NCBI GenBank assembly: GCA_032718475.1 | Contig: JAUCBJ010000488.1 | Location: 62,001-126,000 of the forward strand | Origin: Nemertoderma westbladi | Lineage: Eukaryota; Animalia; Xenacoelomorpha | Length of the DNA: 64,000 nt | Direction of reading: 5' to 3' | Part shown: piece after piece, positions 51,001-60,976 of the stretch | Position numbering within the stretch: position 1 is the first letter of the stretch | Layout: the number at the start of each line of letters is the position of its first letter | Made by a program: the position numbers and the translations under genes | The notes under the pieces: generated by a model | Told to the model about the DNA's origin: nothing | What the model saw: only the letters and a program-made list of their open reading frames with translations | Databases searched by the model: none

Positions 51001-54000
51001 CGGTGTCAGAGTCAGGGTGGTACAAGTAAAACAAAGTTAGCGGTATCAGAGTCAGGGTGGTACAAGTAAAATAAAGTTAGCGGTGTCAGAGTCAGGGTGG
51101 TACAAGTAAAATAAAGTTAGCGGTGTCAGGGTGGTATAAGTAAAATAAAGTTAGCGGTGTCAGTGTCAGGGTGGTACAAGTAAAATAAAGTTAGCGGTGT
51201 CAGGGTGGTACAAGTAAAATAAAGTTAGCGGTGTCAGGGTGGTACAAGTAAAATAAAGGTAGCGGTGTCAGTGTCAGGGTGGTAGAAGTAAAATAAAGTT
51301 AGCGGTGTCAGTGTCAGGGTGGTACAAGTAAAATAAAGTTAGCGGTGTCAGTGTCAGGGTGGTACAAGTAAAATAAAGTTAGCGGTGTCAGAGTCAGGGT
51401 GGTACAAGTAAAATAAAGTTAGCGGTGTCAGGGTGGTACAAGTAAAACAAAGTTAGCGGTGTCAGTGTCAGGGTGGTACAAGTAAAATAAAGTTAGCGGT
51501 GTCAGGGTGGTACAAGTAAAACAAAGTTAGCGGTGTCAGAGTCAGGGTGGTACAAGTAAAACAAAGTTAGCGGTATCAGAGTCAGGGTGGTACAAGTAAA
51601 ATAAAGTTAGCGGTGTCAGAGTCAGGGTGGTAGAAGTAAAATAAAGTTAGCGGTGTCAGGGTGGGACAAGTAAAATAAAGGTAGCGGTGTCAGTGTCAGG
51701 GTGGTAGAAGTAAAATAAAGTTAGCGGTGTCAGTGTCAGGGTGGTACAAGTAAAATAAAGTTAGCGGTGTCAGTGTCAGGGTGGTACAAGTAAAATAAAG
51801 TTAGCGGTGTCAGAGTCAGGGTGGTACAAGTAAAATAAAGTTAGCGGTGTCAGAGTCAGGGTGGTACAAGTAAAATAAAGTTAGCGGTGTCAGAGTTAGG
51901 GTGGTACAAGTAAAATAAAGTTAGCGGTGTCAGAGTCAGGGTGGTACAAGTAAAATAATGTTAGCGATGTCAGAGTCAGGGTGGTACAAGTAAAATAAAG
52001 TTAGCGTGTCAGTGTCAGGGTGGTACAAGTAAAATAAAGTTAGCGGTGTCAGAGTCAGGGTGGTACAAGTAAAATAAAGTTAGCGGTGTCAGAGTCAGGG
52101 TGGTACAAGTAAAATAAAGTTAGCGGTGTCAGAGTCAGGGTGGTACAAGTAAAATAAAGTTAGCGGTGTCAGAGTCAGGGTGGTACAAGTAAAATAAAGT
52201 TAGCGGTGTCAGAGTCAGGGTGGTACAAGTAAAATAAAGTTAGCGGTGTCAGGGTGGTATAAGTAAAATAAAGTTAGCGGTGTCAGAGTCAGGGTGGTAC
52301 AAGTAAAACAAAGTTAGCGGTGTCAGTGTCAGGGTGGTACAAGTAAAATAAAGTTAGCGGTGTCAGTGTCAGGGTGGTACAAGTAAAATAAAGTTAGCGG
52401 TGTCAGAGTCAGGGTGGTACAAGTAAAATAAAGTTAGCGGTGTCAGAGTCAGGGTGGTACAAGTAAAATAAAGTTAGCGGTGTCAGAGTCAGGGTGGTAC
52501 AAGTAAAATAAAGTTAGCGGTGTCAGAGTCAGGGTGGTACAAGTAAAATAAAGTTAGCGGTGTCAGAGTCAGGGTGGTACAAGTAAAATAAAGTTAGCGG
52601 TGTCAGGGTGGTATAAGTAAAATAAAGTTAGCGGTGTCAGAGTCAGGGTGGTACAAGTAAAATAAAGTTAGCGGTGTCAGAGTCAGGGTGGTACAAGTAA
52701 AATAAAGTTAGCGGTGTCAGGGTGGTATAAGTAAAATAAAGTTAGCGGTGTCAGAGTCAGGGTGGTACAAGTAAAATAAAGTTAGCGGTGTCAGAGTCAG
52801 GGTGGTACAAGTAAAATAAAGTTAGCGGTGTCAGAGTCAGGGTGGTACAAGTAAAATAAAGTTAGCGGTGTCAGGGTGGTATAAGTAAAATAAAGTTAGC
52901 GGTGTCAGAGTCAGGGTGGTACAAGTAAAATAAAGTTAGCGGTGTCAGAGTCAGGGTGGTACAAGTAAAATAAAGTTAGCGGTGTCAGAGTCAGGGTGGT
53001 ACAAGTAAAATAAAGTTAGCGGTGTCAGAGTCAGGGTGGTACAAGTAAAATAAAGTTAGCGGTGTCAGGGTGGTATAAGTAAAATAAAGGTAGCGGTGTC
53101 AGTGTCAGGGTGGTACAAGTAAAATAAAGTTAGCGGTGTCAGTGTCAGGGTGGTACAAGTAAAATAAAGTTAGCGGTGTCAGTGTCAGGGTGGTACAAGT
53201 AAAATAAAGTTAGCGGTGTCAGAGTCAGGGTGGTACAAGTAAAATAAAGTTAGCGGTGTCAGTGTCAGGGTGGTACAAGTAAAATAAAGTTAGCGGTGTC
53301 AGAGTCAGGGTGGTACAAGTAAAACAAAGTTAGCGGTATCAGAGTCAGGGTGGTACAAGTAAAATAAAGTTAGCGGTGTCAGGGTGGTATAAGTAAAATA
53401 AAGTTAGCGGTGTCAGTGTCAGGGTGGTACAAGTAAAATAAAGTTAGCGGTGTCAGGGTGGTACAAGTAAAATAAAGTTAGCGGTGTCAGGGTGGTACAA
53501 GTAAAATAAAGGTAGCGGTGTCAGTGTCAGGGTGGTACAAGTAAAATAAAGTTAGCGGTGTCAGAGTCAGGGTGGTACAAGTAAAATAAAGTTAGCGGTG
53601 TCAGAGTCAGGGTGGTACAAGTAAAACAAAGTTAGCGGTATCAGAGTCAGGGTGGTACAAGTAAAATAAAGTTAGCGGTGTCAGGGTGGTATAAGTAAAA
53701 TAAAGTTAGCGGTGTCAGTGTCAGGGTGGTACAAGTAAAATAAAGTTAGCGGTGTCAGGGTGGTACAAGTAAAATAAAGTTAGCGGTGTCAGGGTGGTAC
53801 AAGTAAAATAAAGGTAGCGGTGTCAGTGTCAGGGTGGTAGAAGTAAAATAAAGTTAGCGGTGTCAGTGTCAGGGTGGTACAAGTAAAATAAAGTTAGCGG
53901 TGTCAGTGTCAGGGTGGTACAAGTAAAATAAAGTTAGCGGTGTCAGAGTCAGGGTGGTACAAGTAAAATAAAGTTAGCGGTGTCAGGGTGGTACAAGTAA

Positions 54001-55766
54001 AACAAAGTTAGCGGTGTCAGTGTCAGGGTGGTACAAGTAAAATAAAGTTAGCGGTGTCAGGGTGGTACAAGTAAAACAAAGTTAGCGGTGTCAGAGTCAG
54101 GGTGGTACAAGTAAAACAAAGTTAGCGGTATCAGAGTCAGGGTGGTACAAGTAAAATAAAGTTAGCGGTGTCAGAGTCAGGGTGGTAGAAGTAAAATAAA
54201 GTTAGCGGTGTCAGGGTGGTACAAGTAAAATAAAGGTAGCGGTGTCAGTGTCAGGGTGGTAGAAGTAAAATAAAGTTAGCGGTGTCAGAGTCAGGGTGGT
54301 ACAAGTAAAATAAAGTTAGCGGTGTCAGTGTCAGGGTGGTACAAGTAAAATAAAGTTAGCGGTGTCAGGGTGGTACAAGTAAAACAAAGTTAGCGGTGTC
54401 AGAGTCAGGGTGGTACAAGTAAAACAAAGTTAGCGGTATCAGTGTCAGGGTGGTAGAAGTAAAATAAAGTTAGCGGTGTCAGAGTCAGGGTGGTACAAGT
54501 AAAATAAAGTTAGCGGTGTCAGTGTCAGGGTGGTACAAGTAAAATAAAGTTAGCGGTGTCAGGGTGGTACAAGTAAAACAAAGTTAGCGGTGTCAGAGTC
54601 AGGGTGGTACAAGTAAAACAAAGTTAGCGGTATCAGAGTCAGGGTGGTACAAGTAAAATAAAGTTAGCGGTGTCAGAGTCAGGGTGGTACAAGTAAAATA
54701 AAGTTAGCGTGTCAGTGTCAGGGTGGTACAAGTAAAATAAAGTTAGCGTGTCAGTGTCAGGGTGGTACAAGTAAAATAAAGTTAGCGGTGTCAGAGTCAG
54801 GGTGGTACAAGTAAAATAAAGTTAGCGGTGTCAGAGTCAGGGTGGTACAAGTAAAATAAAGTTAGCGGTGTCAGAGTCAGGGTGGTACAAGTAAAATAAA
54901 GTTAGCGGTGTCAGAGTCAGGGTGGTACAAGTAAAATAAAGTTAGCGTGTCAGTGTCAGGGTGGTACAAGTAAAATAAAGTTAGCGGTGTCAGAGTCAGG
55001 GTGGTACAAGTAAAATAAAGTTAGCGGTGTCAGAGTCAGGGTGGTACAAGTAAAATAAAGTTAGCGGTGTCAGTGTCAGGGTGGTACAAGTAAAAAAATA
55101 AAGTTAGCGGTGTCAGTGTCAGGGTGGTACAAGTAAAATAAAGTTAGCGGTGTCAGTGTCAGGGTGGTACAAGTAAAATAAAGTTAGCGGTGTCAGAGTC
55201 AGGGTGGTATAAGTAAAATAAAGTTAGCGGTGTCAGAGTCAGGGTGGTACAAGTAAAATAAAGTTAGCGGTGTCAGGGTGGTACAAGTAAAATAAAGTTA
55301 GCGGTGTCAGAGTCAGGGTGGTACAAGTAAAATAAAGTTAGCGGTGTCAGGGTGGTACAAGTAAAATAAAGTTAGCGGTGTCAGAGTCAGGGTGGTACAA
55401 GTAAAATAAAGTTAGCGGTGTCAGAGTTAGGGTGGTACAAGTAAAATAAAGTTAGCGGTGTCAGAGTCAGGGTGGTACAAGTAAAATAAAGTTAGCGGTG
55501 TCAGGGTGGTATAAGTAAAATAAAGTTAGCGGTGTCAGAGTCAGGGTGGTAGAAGTAAAATAAAGTTAGCGGTGTCAGAGTCAGGGTGGTACAAGTAAAA
55601 TAAAGTTAGCGGTGTCAGAGTCAGGGTGGTACAAGTAAAATAAAGTTAGCGGTGTCAGAGTCAGGGTGGTACAAGTAAAACGAAGTTAGCGGTGTCAGTG
55701 TCAGGGTGGTACAAGTAAAATAAAGTTAGCGGTGTCAGAGTGAGGGTGGTACAAGTAAAATAAAGT
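1..55766. repeat. Satellite array, ~40-bp monomer (34- and 39-bp deletion variants common), continues beyond the left edge
   Basis: Directly visible head-to-tail copies of AAAATAAAGTTAGCGGTGTCAGAGTCAGGGTGGTACAAGT. Frequent variants: GAG/GTG swap, 6-bp deletion of one TCAGNG unit, 1-bp G deletion. No inversions or foreign insertions seen. Last partial unit ends TAAAGT at ~55766. Confidence 0.99.
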
Positions 55767-55899
55767 GATCGGTATGCTAATAAAGTAAATGGCAGTAATA
55801 TAATATTTATAAAACAGTTTATAGTAATTAAGTAAATCTAATGTATATTAGTAGCAGAATAATTATTATTAACGTTAAATAAACTTATTACTTACTCTA

Positions 55900-56148
<249 letters not shown>

Positions 56149-56252
56149 TTATAGAATTACAGTGTAAAAGTTGTTCTACAACCCGATTAAATAATCATTG
56201 CAATAGATCTTACCGCTTCAATAGAAGTAAGTAAGTAAGGAGTTCATCATAC

Positions 56253-56359
56253 CTGTGCATTTTATTTTTGGAATGGAGATAATCCAACCCAGTTAACGTT
56301 TCTTTGCAAACAATAGCGATTTGGGATTCGTTGAGTGACCCGGTAACGTGGTAGATATC
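56253..56359 (-). CDS. MAP4K3: MAP4K kinase, coding exon 3: [35 protein letters not shown](R)
   Basis: Acceptor ttccag|GAT, donor AG|gtatga, 107 nt. Matches MAP4K3 [36 protein letters not shown]. Confidence 0.95.
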
Positions 56360-56456
56360 CTGGAATTCAGAATAAATACGAAAAAAGTAGAACTAACTAG
56401 ATAGATACCGGAAACGACCACCAACCACCAATAGGAAACCGGAAACAACCACCAAC

Positions 56457-56573
56457 CTGCAACGACCCTCCACCACAAAATTCCATGCAAATCCACAATT
56501 TCTCCTTCCGTAAATAACTTCCGAAATAGGCAACTATATTCTTGTGCGTGCAGTCCTTCATCATTATAATTTC
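56457..56573 (-). CDS. MAP4K3: MAP4K kinase, coding exon 2: [39 protein letters not shown]
   Basis: Acceptor ttatag|GAA, donor CAG|gttggt, 117 nt in frame. Near-identical to MAP4K3 subdomains III-V. Confidence 0.95.
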
Positions 56574-57878
56574 CTATAACAGATTATAATAAATATGTAG
56601 GAACCGGATATAGGCGGTTAATCGATTATTGTTAAACTCTAAGCCTAAGGTACACACTACTGCGCTGCCGAGCTAACATACGACACCGGATGGTTGGTGG
56701 ATATAACAGTGAGCGAAATATTCGCTAATATTGTTGGTGACCTTTGAGATGCTACAGGGATGAACATTAACCAATCATTGGAAGGCAGTGGTTGCCACCG
56801 TGGCCTTACCCTAGCCACCCTAGCGAGACAATCAAGATATTTGCCCTCCGTATCCAGCGGGAATAAACATTTTGCCCACATTTTTTTTAAACGTCAAAAG
56901 TAGAATGAAATAGGCCTATATCTGATCCGATCTTTTTTCAATGCTTTCTAACCAAAACAATAAACGAGAGTCTATGGCACAGGTAACAGTACCGGTATCA
57001 TTTTTGTTCATATTAAATTGTCGGCTAATGAAATAATGAACTAGGCATAGCAGCTGTGAGGTATAGTTGGTGTGGCATATAGGCCCAATGAAAAACGAAA
57101 ATAAAACAAAACCGATAAAAATAAAACGAAATTTAATTTGTTTGGTTCCATCACTTCCATGACATTTCATTTCAGTGCCGAATTATTTACCATCAGCGGT
57201 GTTCACTGCTGACGACAACACCCTCTTTACTTTGTGCTGCTTCCGTCCCCGCCTCAATCATCAATGATGTCAGTTTGCTGATTCACTGTAAAGGATCCTG
57301 GAAAGACTCAATGAATACTACCCACTTTGACAGCCTTGGGAATCCGTTATGGTTACCATGACAACAATTATATTACAGTATTATCAGATTATGATAAGAC
57401 AAGACCCTGGTTTTTTTTACATATATTTTAAAACCTACAGTACTGCAGTATGTATAATTAGTATTTTATTAACCCACATTGGTGCCTTGAATGTGCAGTG
57501 TTCTGTTCACATAATATCATGTGTTCTATATTTTACTTATCTTGAATGTGCATTTCTAATGATATTTAGGACTAATTTTAATATGGATTCGTCATTATAA
57601 TTATTTCAATTTCAATGACATGCCCTCTGAATGTAACATGACCCGTGCTGTCGTGGCCCCTCCCTTTGACACTTGGCCTTGGGGGGCCATGCGCCGGATG
57701 TCGGGCCCCCCTTTGGGAACCACTGAACCACTGCAGCAATTCACCAGGAAGCAAGATTAATTCGATATGAATTAACCTGCTATATCCTTACTGCCATAAA
57801 CATGAAACACACGGCAGTGAGGTTGAGTTGACCAAGTCGATAGGACAGGCCTACCAGCCTACTGCTGTACCGGCACTG

Positions 57879-57938
57879 TAGGGATCGACCGAATTATTCG
57901 GTCCGATTTTTTTTTCAAATTCGGTTCGGTTCCGGTTC
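57879..57938 (+). mobile_element. Possible hAT-type MITE end fragment (TAGGGATCGACCGAATTATTCGG...)
   Basis: TAGGG start plus CCGAA/TTCGG subterminal motifs. A related sequence lies at 60008. No partner TIR or TSD found. Confidence 0.35.
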
Positions 57939-57973
57939 TACTGCTAAAATAGAGTGTTTGTTCCGTTGTTTAC

Positions 57974-58168
57974 CTGCTGAATAATTGCGAAGTCATCACC
58001 AGGCTCGAGTTTTATAACCTTTATAGCAGCCAATTCACCAGTTTTTTTGCGTTTCGCTTTATAGACGTCGCCATAAGTGCCACTACCTATCCGTTGCATT
58101 AACTCGAGGTCATTATAAGGGTTATGTCGAAATATCTCGACCGTGGGTTGGATGTTCATCATCATCAT
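57974..58168 (-). CDS. MAP4K3: MAP4K kinase, coding exon 1: MMMMNIQ...IGSGTYGDVYK...AAIKVIKLEPGDDFAIIQQ
   Basis: ORF track hit with Gly-rich loop GSGTYG and AAIK catalytic lysine. In-frame TGA lies immediately before the first ATG. Donor CAG|gtaaac. Which of the four Met codons starts translation is unknown. Confidence 0.95.
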
Positions 58169-59079
58169 TCAGTATTCAATTATTCATGGATTGGACGACC
58201 GCTACTGAACTGATACTGTGATATACGGTAGGCTATCTATCAGTATATAGGCAGATAGAACTATGCAGCCTATCTGTCCAAGTTTAGACGTGAGTTGTTC
58301 AGTTGTTGTTAAAACCTTAAAAGTTATGACAGTATGATCCAGACCAGCAACCAGCAGACCAGTGCGAGTGCAGCAGTGTTTAAAGTCGCCGACAGGATGC
58401 GCTGAACCTAGCACGATCAGGCGTTTCATTCAGGCTGCAGGCCTACGCCCCCACCTCGCCCTGCTGCCTACAAACCAAATACCGGTACCGGTTAGTGAAA
58501 TACTGAAATAGGCCTACAAGGAATAGGACTACAAGCACTGAAGCAAGCAGACCACAGACTGGCAGAAAAGTCTGCAAGTACTGAAGTACAGAAGTAGTGC
58601 AGTTGTTATACCAGTACAGCAGTATGCAGTATACAGCTACAGCCAAGCCAGACAGCTGCAATGATTTGGTAATTTACAGATTGTATAGTTTGTTGCAGTA
58701 CTCGTACAGTCGTACTGTAGACCACTTAAGTACTATACAATCAATCAAACAAGGCACTGTCAATTAAACAAGCTGACAAGTACGGTAGGAAGCCATGCAA
58801 CTGCCATAGCCGCAATATCAACTGCAATATGATAATTTGCGAAAACAAAAGCAATAGTAACACAAGTAAAAGTAATAAAAACGTCCAACGCAACAATTAC
58901 CTGATGTATTGATCTATTATTATTCATTTATCTAAAATCACCGTAATCATTTATTACAAATAATAAAATAATAATTAAGTAATTGTGGTGGGGTGGAATG
59001 ACGGTGTATCAAAAATTAAAAATTTACAGTAAATATATATAAATGCGCTCTGTACATAGCGAAAAATATCAACCGAACG

Positions 59080-59160
59080 TATTGGGGTTCGATCCCGGTA
59101 CCTACCTACACTAGGTTTCAAATTCCGGTTATCTTCCGTCAGCCGCTGAGCTAATAGGAT
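59080..59160 (-). pseudogene. Degenerate tRNA-like / SINE-head unit
   Basis: Minus strand has A-box-like TAGCTCAGCGG and B-box-like GGGATCGAACCC. No convincing cloverleaf. Confidence 0.5.
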
Positions 59161-59326
59161 GGAATAACGTTGTTGTACTGTTAGACTTTTCTTGCCGATA
59201 GTACTTTCTTTTGAGTGATATAGATAAAAGATCAACAAATTAATATCCCACTCTATAGCGAATAAATTTCTTCATTCGCCCTGGTGGTTCGCGTTCTGCG
59301 GTCTTCGACACAACACCAACAGAGCT

Positions 59327-59376
59327 GAAGATACCCGGAGTTTAGAAACCTGCAGTAGGTACCGGGTTCGACTCCC
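59327..59376 (+). pseudogene. Degenerate tRNA-like unit, inverted copy of 59084-59136
   Basis: B-box GGTTCGACTCC. Its reverse complement aligns with 59084-59136 (shared CCCGGTACCTAC, AGGTTTC, TCCGG, TATCTTC). Confidence 0.5.
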
Positions 59377-59444
59377 ATATATGTAGGTTTGGCTGATAGT
59401 TCACACACTATGAAGAGTGTTATAATTCAAATATATTATAAATA

Positions 59445-59529
59445 AGCGCCATGGTGTAGTGGTCAGCCATACCTGAACGTTTATCGGTAGACGCGTGTTC
59501 GATCCCCGCTGGTGGCGAATTCATTTTTT
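59445..59529 (+). pseudogene. tRNA-like sequence (pseudo-tRNA or SINE head) with T6 terminator
   Basis: A-box TGGTGTAGTGG, T-arm GCGTG-TTCGATC-CCCGC, partial acceptor stem CGCCA/TGGTG, and T6 at 59524-59529. Stem mismatches and a non-canonical anticodon loop (ACGTTTA) argue against a functional tRNA. Confidence 0.6.
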
Positions 59530-60007
59530 CCGCTCCATTTGCTATACAGTTGGGTCATCCTAAGTCCTGTTTAAATTACTTAATAATTTATACAATCTAT
59601 GGATGTTAAAATCACATAAACAATAAAATAAAATAATGTTAATAAATTGTGTTAGAGTGAGGTGGTCAAATATTTTTCTCTGAAATTGTTTCACTTTGTA
59701 TGACCGCTATATGACCTGCACAGTTGGCCAAAAATCGGTAATAAGTAAAATAAGTAATAAGTAAATAATCGGTGTATCAACGTACAGGGATAGTATTAAC
59801 AGTTCCGTTTCAGATGTTGTGTTTCAGATATCAAACAGGTCTACGTCTTACAGTACGGTAACTCCAACAAATTACGGCTAGAGTTCCGTATGCAGTCGCA
59901 TTTGATATTGATCTCAAAATTAATGACAAAAATTATAGTTTGCACACTCTTTTGGGGCATGGTACATACAGTATATTAAAACGTGCTGAAATGCACTTTG
60001 AAATGCA

Positions 60008-60110
60008 CAGGGATGACCGAGTTATTTGGTTCGGTACCGAATTTTGCCGAATACAGTAGGTCTATGGCATATTTGATTCGGGCCGAAATTTAAAATTTGG
60101 TTTGCCGATT
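60008..60110 (+). mobile_element. Possible hAT-type MITE remnant (CAGGGATGACCGAGTTATTTGG...)
   Basis: Resembles the 57879 fragment, with repeated CCGAA/TTCGG motifs. Confidence 0.3.
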
Positions 60111-60182
60111 AATAATAATTGGATCCAAGCGCCCCGCCCCCTCTCGTGACACCTCTGATTACTAATTACTCTTACCTATATC

Positions 60183-60698
60183 CAGCAGTCTGCAGTTCCA
60201 TAGTCTGCCACTAGAGGGCGTATTATCTGAAAATTAACATCTTCTCTTAACAATCTTTGCAGATTTACAATCCGCAAAACTATGAAGCCATATTGCTTAA
60301 GAGTTCTGAGGGGCGAGCCATGAGGCAAGATGTTTGAGACTTTTTTAGATATATTATTACTTAATTTTGACCCCCCAGTCGGTATCTATTACAATGTAGG
60401 CTATATCTTTTACGGAGTTGCAGAGTAGGCTGAAGTTCCCCAGTCTGCCGCAAGAGGGCGTATTATTTGAAAATTAACACCTTCTCTAACTTTGTTATTT
60501 ACAATCCGCAAAACTATGAAGCTATATTGCTTAGGATTTCTGAGGGGCGAGCTATGAGGCAAGATGTTTGAGACTTATTTAGATATAGTATTACTTAATT
60601 TTGACCCCCCGCAGTTGGTATCTATTATACAATATAGGCTATATATTTTGCGGAGTCACAGAGTAGTCTGAAGTTCCCCAGTCTGCCGCTAGTGGGCG
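60183..60698. repeat. Tandem repeat, ~240-bp period, ~2.15 copies
   Basis: Shared blocks such as TTTACAATCCGCAAAACTATGAAGC and TGAGGCAAGATGTTTGAGACTT. The AGTCTGCC...GGGCG anchor recurs at ~60202, ~60442 and ~60680. Confidence 0.9.
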
Positions 60699-60930
60699 AA
60701 ATGTCTCAAAGTGAAAACCATACAGTAGCCATGAATTGGTTACTAGGCAATAATACTGCATTTTGCAAAATTTGGCCTATTGCTGACCGAACGAAAACTG
60801 CCCTGGTCGATGCAGGGATCCCATGACCTACGGGAGATGTGAATTCAACGCAACCACTACACCAAGGTGGAATAGTAACGTTCGAATTTGTTCGTTGACG
60901 TTCGAATTTGTAAGACTCTGATTTAAGACC

Positions 60931-60973
60931 TGAGGCACTCCTATGCCTCACTGAGGCACAGACTATGCCTCAC
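60931..60973. repeat. Two tandem small hairpins TGAGGCA-N6/7-TGCCTCA
   Basis: TGAGGCACTCCTATGCCTCAC followed by TGAGGCACAGACTATGCCTCAC, directly abutting the TCGCGA array. Confidence 0.8.
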
Positions 60974-60976
60974 TGA

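Noticed and set aside
1-55766. CRISPR array or repetitive coding sequence
   Set aside because: No unique spacers, eukaryotic context, 40-bp period not divisible by 3, and no ORFs in the track.
1-55766. True telomere or proven centromere
   Set aside because: No tandem TTAGGG tract. Centromere function cannot be inferred from sequence, and the array abuts intact exons.
56293-56496. 67-aa ORF
   Set aside because: Out-of-frame read across MAP4K exon 2, intron 2 and exon 3.
56657-57600. Three short ORFs in intron 1
   Set aside because: No recognisable motifs, and composition is typical of chance ORFs in AT-rich DNA.
56786-57725. CAGTGGTTGCCA ... TGGGAACCACTG as TIRs of one ~940-bp hAT element
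   Set aside because: 11/12 inverted match, but the 8-bp flanks (TTGGAAGG vs AACCACTG) give no TSD. More likely separate MITE remnants.
58202-59238. Short minus-strand ORFs upstream of the kinase
   Set aside because: No homology signal, and an in-frame stop directly precedes the kinase ATG.
59445-59517. Functional tRNA-Asn(GTT)
   Set aside because: Mismatched acceptor, anticodon and T stems, no U33, and unlike canonical eukaryotic tRNA-Asn.
60706-60951. 81-aa ORF as a transposase fragment
   Set aside because: No transposase motifs, and the start codon is not ATG.
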